Source of the DNA: Arenicellales bacterium
Lineage (GTDB): Bacteria > Pseudomonadota > Gammaproteobacteria > Arenicellales > JAJDZL01
DNA length: 64,000 nt
Assembly: GCA_963662635.2 (NCBI GenBank)
Contig: CAXXFC010000004.1
Location: forward strand, 8,559-72,558
Direction of reading: 5' to 3'
Shown here: piece after piece, positions 49,632-58,807 of the stretch
How positions within the stretch are numbered: position 1 is the stretch's first letter
Layout: each line of letters begins with the position of its first letter
Program-made: the position numbers and the translations under genes
The notes under the pieces: model-generated
Seen by the model: the letters and a program-made list of their open reading frames with translations, nothing else
Told to the model about the DNA's origin: nothing
The model's database searches: none

Positions 49632-50459
49632 CTACTGTTCCTCGATTTGGTCTGCCCATGTCTGGGTTGTGAACCAAAAGTCGTGACGGTCTTTCAGCCA
49701 ACCATTACTGGTATTGACCAGAATCCAATTGCTGAAAAAGTTCAACGCATCAGGGTCGCCTTTACGCAGAGCGAATGCCTCATCACCAGTCGTGAGATTT
49801 TCTTCTGTCGGCATGAACAGCTTGTCAGGATACCTGCTCATCCAGAATCTCGGCTTCGGTGCACTTGAAATCATCGCATGGGAATTGCCATTGACAACTT
49901 CCTGAAACGCTTGCGCATCGTCATCAAACCTGCTTACATTGGCTTTTGGAAACATTTTCTGTGCCACGTTGCAGGGTGTTGCGCCCCGACGACAGGAAAT
50001 AGTTACATCCGATGAATTAAAGTCCGGAACAGAAAATCCATCTGCCAAAGCCTTATTCGCAACCATCTGTTGTCCGGAGTGCGCATAAGGTGCAGTGAAG
50101 TTCACGGTCAGGTTGCGTCCGGGTGTGATTGACATACCGCCGATGATCACGTCAAATTTCCGAGCGATTAGCGCCGGGATGATTCCGGACCAAGCGGTCG
50201 GCACGAATTCGACTTGGACACCCATATCTTCGGCAACTTTGGTCGCGACATCAATTTCAAACCCGATCAGGTTGCCTTGTTTGTCGCGCATTGCCCAAGG
50301 TACGAATGTGGACATTCCAACGCGAAGAACGCCGCGCTTTTTGATTTCCTCCAGTACGCTGTCTGCGGAAAGTTCCTGGGAACTTGCACCAGCCAAACCG
50401 GAAAAAGCGATCAGTGCTGCAGCCGCTACAGCGGCAAATATAGTTTTAATTTTCATCAA
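49632..50459 (-). CDS. ABC transporter substrate-binding protein, family 3 (polar amino acid)
   Basis: 275-aa ORF with a signal peptide, and GFEIDVATKVAEDMG and DVIIGGMSITPGR. Confidence 0.85.
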   Translation of the reverse strand: MMKIKTIFAAVAAAALIAFSGLAGASSQELSADSVLEEIKKRGVLRVGMSTFVPWAMRDKQGNLIGFEIDVATKVAEDMGVQVEFVPTAWSGIIPALIARKFDVIIGGMSITPGRNLTVNFTAPYAHSGQQMVANKALADGFSVPDFNSSDVTISCRRGATPCNVAQKMFPKANVSRFDDDAQAFQEVVNGNSHAMISSAPKPRFWMSRYPDKLFMPTEENLTTGDEAFALRKGDPDALNFFSNWILVNTSNGWLKDRHDFWFTTQTWADQIEEQ

Positions 50460-50495
50460 TTTCTATCTCCATAGATATGATAGTGAGGTAATACG

Positions 50496-51341
50496 TCATC
50501 TGCCTCTTGTGACTCTCGATTCGAGCCAGGAGACAAACAACGAAAGAGACACAGTTACCGCAAGATAGATTGCGGCGACAGTGAACCAGATTTCGAAGGC
50601 CATGAAGGTCTCCGATATTATGTTCAACCCTTCAGTGGTGAGATCAGCCACTGCTATGACGCTGACAATCGCAGAATGCTTGATTAGATTGATTATCAGG
50701 CCAGTCATCGGTGGGAGTATCAGGGGTATGGATTGAGGGAGTATGATGTAGCGGAATCGATCAGTCCGCGTGAAGCCCAGCGCGTTGCTGGCTTCGGTCT
50801 GACCTCTCGGCACCGATTGAATTCCAGCACGGATTATTTCCGCCGCAAAAGAACCCTCAAAAAAACCAAGACAGAGCACACCGGTCCAGAATCGGTCTAT
50901 ACCGATTATCGGGGCGATTATGAAGTAGAACAGGAACAGCTGGACAAGAAGGGGTGTGTTTCGGATCAGTTCGAGGTAAACATTCGCAAGAAGTTTGCCC
51001 GAAAATGAATTGGACATGCGAAGAAGCGCTGTAATCAATCCGATCGCGACGGATAGTACCATGCTGAAAATTGTGATTTCAAAAGTCACAATCAACCCTT
51101 TGATCAGGCGGCCATGAATGAATTCGCCGTCTACAATTCGATAGATGAATTGATCGACCCGATACCATTGCCAGTTGTACTGCATCGCCTGGGCACCTTG
51201 TAAAATTACCCAACTGATCAATATGATGAGTATCAGTAATTGCGCGATATCTATGAGAGGTGACTTTCGCGTAAACAGCAAGCCCGGTCTCGGTGGTGGT
51301 GGCCGGTCATTTTGAATATTCTGTTTTCTAGTAAAAATCAT
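50496..51341 (-). CDS. amino-acid ABC transporter permease (second subunit)
   Basis: 281-aa membrane ORF with an EAA-loop region (GQTEASNALGFTRTDRFRYIILPQSI). Confidence 0.85.
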   Translation of the reverse strand: MIFTRKQNIQNDRPPPPRPGLLFTRKSPLIDIAQLLILIILISWVILQGAQAMQYNWQWYRVDQFIYRIVDGEFIHGRLIKGLIVTFEITIFSMVLSVAIGLITALLRMSNSFSGKLLANVYLELIRNTPLLVQLFLFYFIIAPIIGIDRFWTGVLCLGFFEGSFAAEIIRAGIQSVPRGQTEASNALGFTRTDRFRYIILPQSIPLILPPMTGLIINLIKHSAIVSVIAVADLTTEGLNIISETFMAFEIWFTVAAIYLAVTVSLSLFVSWLESRVTRGR

Positions 51342-51449
51342 ATGTAGTTTCGAACATTGACGTATTTCGTATCACATATCAGTCTGTGAATGAATCCATT
51401 TATTTATTTCATTTAGCAATAAATCTGAAGATCTGCTCAACGATTAATT

Positions 51450-52034
51450 TTATTGTTGGTTTCCGAACAATCTCGCATGAAGTGCTTTGCGAAACACTGA
51501 CCGGGATTCGGAACTGTGAATGGTTACATAGTCTCGCGGATAGGACTCACCGGGTTTTACGTGGAGATTTACGAATACAGGGCCTTCAAGTTCAAGAATA
51601 TGTTTGATCCTGGGCTTGAAATCTGCGATATCGCCGAAGGCGAATGAATGTCTATAACCGGCGATTCGAGCCAACTCCTCAAACTGAAGAATTTTTGAAT
51701 CCAGGATTGGGAATTCGCCGTTCACCTCATAGGTCCGATTGTGCATGACAAAGTGCACCAGATTCCCGGGTGCAGCGTGCCCGATGGTGAACAGACTGCC
51801 GAGGTTCATCAATAGGCTGCCATCACCATCAAGCACCACTACTTTTTCGTTTGGCGCACCTAACGCGATTCCAAGACCATGAGACGAAGCCTGACCCATA
51901 GCACCGGTACAAAGATAGTTCAGCGGGTGAGGACGAATTTGCATCCAATCGAATATACCCTGATATGCACCTACGGCAATCCCGTCGGTGTAATATGCGG
52001 CCAGTGCCTTCAAGGCGTCATCCCTTCGTAGCAT
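51450..52034 (-). CDS. TPP-dependent decarboxylase, beta (TPP/PP-binding) subunit, sulfopyruvate/phosphonopyruvate decarboxylase family
   Basis: 194-aa ORF with the TPP-binding motif region VVVLDGDGSLLMNLGSL. It is paired with a separate PYR-domain subunit immediately upstream. Confidence 0.65.
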   Translation of the reverse strand: MLRRDDALKALAAYYTDGIAVGAYQGIFDWMQIRPHPLNYLCTGAMGQASSHGLGIALGAPNEKVVVLDGDGSLLMNLGSLFTIGHAAPGNLVHFVMHNRTYEVNGEFPILDSKILQFEELARIAGYRHSFAFGDIADFKPRIKHILELEGPVFVNLHVKPGESYPRDYVTIHSSESRSVFRKALHARLFGNQQ

Positions 52035-52036
52035 AA

Positions 52037-52564
52037 CTAATCGGCTGATGGGTGCTGTGATATCAGAAAGACTACAGGTTGCGATAGCTCATAAGCTTGT
52101 TCAATTCTGGCGGACAGTTTCCCAACGGACACATCGTCATCAACCAGATAAGTCGTTAGTTTCATCGCTTCGCAGATGGGCTGTACGATTCGAATTCCGA
52201 GGCGATCTGACTCCAAAGGGTCTCTTCCGTCAGATTCCATACCCTGCAAACCGACCAGCATCACAATAGGTAGTTGGTATTCGACAGCAATGGCTCGAAT
52301 AGCATTGATTGAATCCAGAAAGCCCGTGTGCTGAATCAGAAGTACCGAACGCTGATTGCAGTACGATAGTCCGGCACAAATCGAAACGCCTTCGTCTTCC
52401 TTGCATACCGGAATAAGTCTCACATTTGGATCTTCTCTCAGCGGCCACAGCAACCCTGAACAGGTCACGATGTCAGGTAGTGCGACGACTGTTTGCACGC
52501 CGGCATCATTTAAAGCGGAAATGATTGACGGGCCCTTCAAGGTTGCTGAGATATTGGCAGTCAA
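52037..52564 (-). CDS. TPP-dependent decarboxylase, alpha (PYR-domain) subunit, ComD/Ppd-like
   Basis: 175-aa ORF with a PVCKEDEGVSICAGLS...LIQHTGFLDSINAI architecture, like ComD. ATGA overlap with the upstream aminotransferase stop. Confidence 0.65.
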   Translation of the reverse strand: MTANISATLKGPSIISALNDAGVQTVVALPDIVTCSGLLWPLREDPNVRLIPVCKEDEGVSICAGLSYCNQRSVLLIQHTGFLDSINAIRAIAVEYQLPIVMLVGLQGMESDGRDPLESDRLGIRIVQPICEAMKLTTYLVDDDVSVGKLSARIEQAYELSQPVVFLISQHPSAD

Positions 52565-53694
52565 TGGTCAAGTGTTCCGGTGCGGGTGTGTTGATGTTCG
52601 AAGAACAGCCGCAATGTATCCAAAACTTCGTTCATTTGTTGCGGAAAGCCCAACGTGAAACGCAAATGTTCGGAGAATGAATCTGACATTAGACGTCTCG
52701 CAAGAATTCCATGAGAGCGAAGAAAGTCGTACGCATTCTTCGCTGAATGAACAGGATGCGGGAAACGCGCAAGTACGAAATTTGTCTGGCTCGGAATGAC
52801 TTCCAGCTTAAGCCGTTTAAGTCCGTCCGAGAATTCAGTTCGCACTTTGAGGTTCTGTTCGTATACGAATTCCGAATGCGACCGATCATTCAGCGCCGCT
52901 AAACCTGCTTTGTATGCGACATTGGAAAGCGGAAACGTCATACCAATCTTTCTAACCGCATCAGCCACCTCAGGTGCTGCATACATCCATCCCAGACGTA
53001 AGCCGGCCAATCCGTGAATTTTCGAAAATGTTCTTGTCATGACTGTATTCTTTGACTCTTCGATCAGAATTTTTGGGTTTTCGAACTCCTTTGCATCGAC
53101 ATATTCCATATAGGCTGAATCCAAAACCAGCAGGACAGTGTCGGGAAGACCGGCATGCAGTCGAAGGATTTCACTTCCGGGTAAGTATGCTCCGCTTGGG
53201 TTGTCCGGATTCGCCAGCATGACAACTCTGGTTCTGTCGGTCACACATTCCAGAATCCGGTCAATATCGGCAGTGAAATTTCGATCAGTTGCCTTGATCG
53301 GTTTGGCGTTTGCCGTATGGGCGAAGTTTGGAATCCTTTGATAACCGTTGACGCTGCAGATCAGTTCATCGCCCGGTTGCAGAAATGATTGTGCGATTCG
53401 AAGCAGCAGATCGTCAGAACCGTGTCCACAGACGATACCTTTAGGATCGATGTTGTGAATCCTGGCAATTTGAACTGTCAGGTCGCGGACTGCATCGCCG
53501 GCGTAGCGATACATGGACTCACTACTTTTTTTTACAGCTGCGATAGCGGACTGACTAGGGCCGTATACACTTTCGTTAGAAGAAATATCAATACGAATTG
53601 TGGGCAGGTCATCTGAGTTCTCGATGACCATGTGGGGTTTGATCCTGCTGAGGCCAGCATGCGGTCGTACCCCACCATATGTTTCAGACAGCAT
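52561..53694 (-). CDS. PLP-dependent aminotransferase, class I/II (HisC-like)
   Basis: ORF 52561..53775. Start placed at MLSETYGG (cat at 53692..53694). Strings NPDNPSG and TFSKIHGLAGLRLGW (PLP Lys). Confidence 0.75.
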   Translation of the reverse strand: MLSETYGGVRPHAGLSRIKPHMVIENSDDLPTIRIDISSNESVYGPSQSAIAAVKKSSESMYRYAGDAVRDLTVQIARIHNIDPKGIVCGHGSDDLLLRIAQSFLQPGDELICSVNGYQRIPNFAHTANAKPIKATDRNFTADIDRILECVTDRTRVVMLANPDNPSGAYLPGSEILRLHAGLPDTVLLVLDSAYMEYVDAKEFENPKILIEESKNTVMTRTFSKIHGLAGLRLGWMYAAPEVADAVRKIGMTFPLSNVAYKAGLAALNDRSHSEFVYEQNLKVRTEFSDGLKRLKLEVIPSQTNFVLARFPHPVHSAKNAYDFLRSHGILARRLMSDSFSEHLRFTLGFPQQMNEVLDTLRLFFEHQHTRTGTLDH

Positions 53695-55045
53695 CTGGAT
53701 ACTTGAGCGAAATTTCGTGTTTGATGAAATCGATTCTTTCCGAAATCGAACACTTCTCCGACGATTCGTACACATCCATTACGCTATTCATGACATCCTC
53801 AATATATTTGTTGTCATTCTGAACCGGAGGTAATGACAGAACTGTATCTCCGCCATATGTTCTGAAAGGAGTTTTTTTGGTACCCGTGATTCGGACCACA
53901 GATTTGCCATTTGCCACGGCTCGGATGTCCTTTCTCAACCGTGCACGAAGCATGGCGACACCTTTGTCAGTGCTGCCCAGATATTCGCGCTTGTGCACAT
54001 TCATCGGGCCCTGGCTCGTCCAGGCGTCCCAGTCGCCGGGATTGCTTTGACGTTCGTCGTACGAACGATGCGCGGTCTGTCCGTAGAAATCCACAGTCTC
54101 CCAGCCGACGTTGTCTCGGCTTCCTTGACGGAGCACTTCGTCCTTATCGTTGAAGTGACGCCAGCCGAATTTGCGGCTGTTTGTGTCGTCAAGCGGAACA
54201 ACCCACTTTGTGAGACTTGTTCGGCCGAAGATTTTGGGTTTGTCCATTACCTGAAACATTCCACCGTTCTGCGCGAGGTTCGGTAGCAGATAGTCGTGAA
54301 ATCGCAGGCGCAGAAGATCCCCGGTCCTTCGGGCATGAGCGTAGAGAATACCTTCCGGACGACTTCGGTAGACGACAACGGGTAATTCGGTAAAGTGCTC
54401 AAGGCCGGGAAACTGCGGTCCGCTTATCCTGCCGTGCAGGAAAACACTGTGAAACGGATCAATAGCATTCTCGGTTTCCTGCAGCCAGTTATTCGGAGAA
54501 TGAATGGAGTAGGGCACCAGGTCATGATCTGGAATTGCCATGGAGTCCATGAATGGAAATTCAGTCATTTCCTCCGGTGGTCCCATATACGCAAATATCA
54601 AACCCCTATATTCGTGAACCGGATACGCACCCTGGCAGATCTCGTGACGAATTTTGCTGTCTTCCGGTTCGCCTGGAGTATCCAGAATGGTACCATCAAC
54701 GTCGAAATGCCAGCCGTGATAACAACAACGTATTCCGCGCTCTTCAATGCGTCCGAATTCCAAAGATGCCCGTCGATGCGCGCAGTGTCTATGCAACAGT
54801 CCGACTTGTCCGCTGAGATCTCGGAATATGACCAGGTCCTCGCCCAGGATTCGAATAGCCACCGGGGTCCCGCTGTCCAATTGCGAAGACATCGCCACCG
54901 GATGCCAGAATCGTCTGAGATATTCGCCACAAAGGGTGGATGGTCCCACATGTAGAAATTCGGAATCAGGGTTCAACTGATTTCGAATTGAATAGCCATC
55001 GAAGGCTTTTCGTGACCATCGTGTTTCTTGTATTTTGCTTTCCAT
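53684..55045 (-). CDS. Rieske [2Fe-2S] non-haem-iron oxygenase, alpha-type (phthalate-family monooxygenase/demethylase-like)
   Basis: 453-aa ORF with the Rieske motif CAHRRASL...CCYHGWHF and mononuclear-iron region NWLQETENAIDPFHSVFLH. Confidence 0.8.
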   Translation of the reverse strand: MESKIQETRWSRKAFDGYSIRNQLNPDSEFLHVGPSTLCGEYLRRFWHPVAMSSQLDSGTPVAIRILGEDLVIFRDLSGQVGLLHRHCAHRRASLEFGRIEERGIRCCYHGWHFDVDGTILDTPGEPEDSKIRHEICQGAYPVHEYRGLIFAYMGPPEEMTEFPFMDSMAIPDHDLVPYSIHSPNNWLQETENAIDPFHSVFLHGRISGPQFPGLEHFTELPVVVYRSRPEGILYAHARRTGDLLRLRFHDYLLPNLAQNGGMFQVMDKPKIFGRTSLTKWVVPLDDTNSRKFGWRHFNDKDEVLRQGSRDNVGWETVDFYGQTAHRSYDERQSNPGDWDAWTSQGPMNVHKREYLGSTDKGVAMLRARLRKDIRAVANGKSVVRITGTKKTPFRTYGGDTVLSLPPVQNDNKYIEDVMNSVMDVYESSEKCSISERIDFIKHEISLKYPDAV

Positions 55046-55285
55046 GAAGGAGTCCGCCTCTTCAAGTAGTCATTGGGCTTTCAGCGCAGCAATATTTTTG
55101 AACAGAGTTTTATCGGATTCATTATAAAGATGGAAGCACTCGGTATAATAAAAAATCCTTTCCATGCTTTTCCATCTTTAAGCGTTGGTGAAGTGGTAGA
55201 ATTTCGACTAGTGATTTCGCCGAACAATCACATTGTCGGACTATTGGACTGTATTTCGCAGAATTTATACTAATTACAAGTCTAG

Positions 55286-56473
55286 ATGAATGACTCAATT
55301 CTCCACCCTGCAGACGTCGAGGCACTGAAAAAAGTCCATTCAGTTCGTCCGATGCTACGCGACCATCAGCGGGCGAGGGATGCACTGAACATTGACACCA
55401 ATGTGCTGTTGCACGCGGGGCCGGCATTTTCGTCTCCATCACTCGTCACCAAGCCAATACTGAACTCAGCGAGTGCCGCACTTGTCTTTGAGGGGATTGC
55501 ACACGATTTTAACGAAGCTCGAAAACTCATTCTTTCGGGCGAAGTCATACTGACTCCTGCTCAAGACTGCGGTGTCGTGGTACCGCTCGCCGGAGTTGTT
55601 TCTTCCTCTATGTGGCTTCATGAAATTGTTGATGTGGCGGGTAAGGCACCTCCAGCATATGCCCCTCTGAATGGCGGAAATGGGCCGGCGATGCGACTCG
55701 GACAGTTCAGCGACGATGTAATCGCTCACTTCCATTGGCTGAACGGTGAATTGATGGATACGATTGCATCGGCGCATTCCCATGATATTGATCTCATCTC
55801 GATTGGTGCCCGTGCTCTGCGAAGAGGGGATGACTGTCACGGAAGAACGAAAGCCGGTACCGAATTTCTGTTAGATGAATGGCATCCGAAAATCGAATCA
55901 TATCCAACAGCCTATGAGTTTCTTCGTCAAAGTCCCATGTTCTTTCTGAATCTTTGGATGGCCGCATGCAAGTGCATGCTATCGGGAGCCGCTGATACGC
56001 AACATAGTAGTCTGCTTACCGCTGCCGGTGCGAACGGGTTTGAATATGGATTTCAAGTTGCTGGTATACCCGGGAAATGGTTTACCGGACCGTCGGCTCC
56101 ACCTCAGGGGGATATTGGACAATTCTCACCTGAAAGAGCACTCGGGGCGATTGGTGACAGTGCCATTGTCGATATCGCTGGTTTTGGTGCTATGGTGCTG
56201 GCCCTTGCACCTGAACAACAGAAAGCGTTCGATGGGTTTGTACCGGACGACGCATTTGAACTGCCACCATTGCTTTTACCGAAAATTCATTCTGATTTCG
56301 GAAATCTCAAAATACGTGTGGGTATCAATGCACGTACCGTAGAAGAGAAAGGAAGAACTCCGATCGTTGCGCTGGGAATTCTTGATAGAGAAGGCGTGGC
56401 TGGACGGTTAGGTGGTGGCATATTCCGATATTCTCCCGAAGTTTTCAACACAATCTGCATGAATCTGGACTGA
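55286..56473 (+). CDS. DUF1116 (YlbE/AllH-like) protein
   Basis: 395-aa ORF. LLHAGPA, FEGIA, FFLNLWMAACKC, WFTGPSAPPQG and GDSAIVDIAGFG parallel E. coli YlbE as I recall it. Confidence 0.6.
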   Translation: MNDSILHPADVEALKKVHSVRPMLRDHQRARDALNIDTNVLLHAGPAFSSPSLVTKPILNSASAALVFEGIAHDFNEARKLILSGEVILTPAQDCGVVVPLAGVVSSSMWLHEIVDVAGKAPPAYAPLNGGNGPAMRLGQFSDDVIAHFHWLNGELMDTIASAHSHDIDLISIGARALRRGDDCHGRTKAGTEFLLDEWHPKIESYPTAYEFLRQSPMFFLNLWMAACKCMLSGAADTQHSSLLTAAGANGFEYGFQVAGIPGKWFTGPSAPPQGDIGQFSPERALGAIGDSAIVDIAGFGAMVLALAPEQQKAFDGFVPDDAFELPPLLLPKIHSDFGNLKIRVGINARTVEEKGRTPIVALGILDREGVAGRLGGGIFRYSPEVFNTICMNLD

Positions 56474-56476
56474 ATC

Positions 56477-57748
56477 GTGACTGCGCTCAATGAACTGTCG
56501 CTGAGAGATGTAAGCGAATTGATCAATCGGGCTGAGATCAGTCCGAATGAACTTCTTGCTGATTGTTTTGCGCGCATTCATCTGCGTCACCGCGAAGTAC
56601 TGGCATTTACGTATTTCGATGAGGATTTGTCAATTTATAAAATGTCTCAATTGGGAGTGAACCAGCCAGCAAGACCTCTTTACGGAATTCCTGTCGGAAT
56701 CAAAGATATTATGGATACCTCGGATTTCCCGACGACGAAGGGCAGTTCGATCTACACTGATTACTATCCTCAACGCGATGCTGTATGTGTCACAATGTGC
56801 AGAAACGCCGGTTGCGTGATTCCGGGAAAGACTGAAACAACGGAGTTTGCATACTTTTCACCCGGTAGAACTCGAAATCCTCATAACCTGTTGCACACTC
56901 CCGGCGGTTCATCTATGGGGTCGGCTGCTGCAGTTGCAGATTTTATGCTTCCACTGGCGCTTGGATCGCAGACGGCAGCGTCGGTTATCCGCCCAGCCGC
57001 TTATTGCGGTGTTGTCGGTTACAAGGCGAGTCGCGGAATGTTCAGTTTGGAGGGAGTCTGTGGGCTGGCTCAGAGTCTCGATTCCCTGGGTTTCTTCGTT
57101 CGAGAGGTGGACGATCTACTGCTGCTTCGCAACGCATTATTTGGTGAGGCCGAGCGCGATCATCAGTTATCTTCGAATCTTCGCATCGGTTTGGTGAAAA
57201 CAGCTCACTGGAACGAAGCAGAATCTTGTCAACGAGAAGTTGTCGAGACTGTAGCAGATCGGCTGTCGCGCAGCGACTGCGAGGTTGAGGAAATTCAGAT
57301 AGGACCGTCTGATGGCGCGCTTTCGATTGCACAGGCAACTGTCATGGCATATGAGGCCAGTCGCTCTCTTGATTACGAATACACAATGTTCAAGGACTTG
57401 CTGAGTATTCAGATAAAAGAGCTGATTGAGACTGGCCAGAGAACGAGTTTTGAAGACTACATGAATGCACGTGGTCTGGCCGAGCTGTGGCAGCGTAAGC
57501 TCAGGACAATTTTTGAGCGAGTTGATATTTTGCTGACTCCGAGTGCTCCCGGTGAGGCTCCTTTAGGACTCGATGCAACCGGCGATCCCATATTCAGTCG
57601 AATGTGGACCTTGCTACAGGTTCCATCCATTACATTACCGGTAGGTTTCGGACCAAATAAACTACCGCTGGGAATCCAACTCATCGGTGCGTACAACAAG
57701 GACGATCTTTTGATCAGTCAAGCACAGAAAGTTACAGAGTTGCTGTGA
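56477..57748 (+). CDS. amidase (amidase-signature family)
   Basis: 423-aa ORF (GTG start 4 nt after the upstream stop) with the AS signature GGSSMGSAAAVA, plus GIKD and GKTETTEFA. Confidence 0.85.
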   Translation: MTALNELSLRDVSELINRAEISPNELLADCFARIHLRHREVLAFTYFDEDLSIYKMSQLGVNQPARPLYGIPVGIKDIMDTSDFPTTKGSSIYTDYYPQRDAVCVTMCRNAGCVIPGKTETTEFAYFSPGRTRNPHNLLHTPGGSSMGSAAAVADFMLPLALGSQTAASVIRPAAYCGVVGYKASRGMFSLEGVCGLAQSLDSLGFFVREVDDLLLLRNALFGEAERDHQLSSNLRIGLVKTAHWNEAESCQREVVETVADRLSRSDCEVEEIQIGPSDGALSIAQATVMAYEASRSLDYEYTMFKDLLSIQIKELIETGQRTSFEDYMNARGLAELWQRKLRTIFERVDILLTPSAPGEAPLGLDATGDPIFSRMWTLLQVPSITLPVGFGPNKLPLGIQLIGAYNKDDLLISQAQKVTELL

Positions 57749-58782
57749 CCGAATACGCCAATCCGTTACTGGAGCGAACTCGATTCTGGACTGACATGGA
57801 TTTCGTGTCACCGGGTAAGCGTTCGGGAGAACTGAGGTTCAAGTATTCAAACAACGAACTTGCGCTTGGATATATTCCGATCCCAGTTGCCACCATTGTG
57901 AACGGAACCGGACCGACGGTGCTCATGATCGGTGGGGTGCACGGCGATGAATTTGAGGGTCCGGTAGCGCTGCTTAAATTCTTCCATCATGTTGACATGA
58001 GCGAAGTTAGTGGAAGAATAATCATACTTCCTGCACTGAACTTTCCGGCTGTCGATGCGGGATCAAGGGTATCGCCATGGGATGATGGCAATCTCAACAG
58101 AGCTTTTCCTGGTGATGCCGACGGGAGTCCGACTGAAATGATTGCGAATTTTTTGGAAACAGCGATCATGCCGGTTTGTGACGCTGTACTGGATCTGCAT
58201 TCGGGTGGCAAGGCTGCTTGGTTTGCACCATGCTCGATGGCTATGCGAAATGAAAACGCAAGTCTTACTGAAAAGAATCTGGAACTTGCTGTGGTATTCG
58301 GAACTGAAATCGTCTGGCTGATGGGTGAATTAAACGATAATCGGAGTGTCAATAACGGTGCGCTTCGGAACAATCTCCCGATGATTTCGGTGGAACTGGG
58401 CGGCGGAGGTCAAATCACACCGGAAACTCTAAGAGTCGGGGAAATGGGTGTCCACAACTTTCTGAGATATCTGGGAGTTCTTGAAGGCGAACTGCAACCA
58501 AGAAGCCCTTCACCCAAATTCTTGGAGTTCAATTCACCGTCACAGTCGAGCTACGCTCCGCACAGAGGACTATTCGAACCTAATTTCACACCGGGCGACA
58601 GTGTCATTGCCGGCCGAATTGCAGGCTATATCCATCATTTTGAGGATATGTCCAAGCCTCCAACCGAGATCAGATTCCCCGTCGATGGCATCGCTATGGT
58701 ACGTTGCCATCGAGGACTCGTGGAACACGGAGAACTTCTGGGTATGTTTGGTTTGGAGGTTGATCCTCCGAAGAGTCAATAA
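57745..58782 (+). CDS. succinylglutamate desuccinylase/aspartoacylase (AstE/AspA) family deacylase (DoeB-like)
   Basis: 345-aa ORF with GGVHGDEFEGP and DLHSGG. Its GTG start overlaps the amidase stop (GTGA at 57745..57748). Confidence 0.75.
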   Translation: MTEYANPLLERTRFWTDMDFVSPGKRSGELRFKYSNNELALGYIPIPVATIVNGTGPTVLMIGGVHGDEFEGPVALLKFFHHVDMSEVSGRIIILPALNFPAVDAGSRVSPWDDGNLNRAFPGDADGSPTEMIANFLETAIMPVCDAVLDLHSGGKAAWFAPCSMAMRNENASLTEKNLELAVVFGTEIVWLMGELNDNRSVNNGALRNNLPMISVELGGGGQITPETLRVGEMGVHNFLRYLGVLEGELQPRSPSPKFLEFNSPSQSSYAPHRGLFEPNFTPGDSVIAGRIAGYIHHFEDMSKPPTEIRFPVDGIAMVRCHRGLVEHGELLGMFGLEVDPPKSQ

Positions 58783-58807
58783 GGTATCTGAGCCGACAAA
58801 CAAGCAG

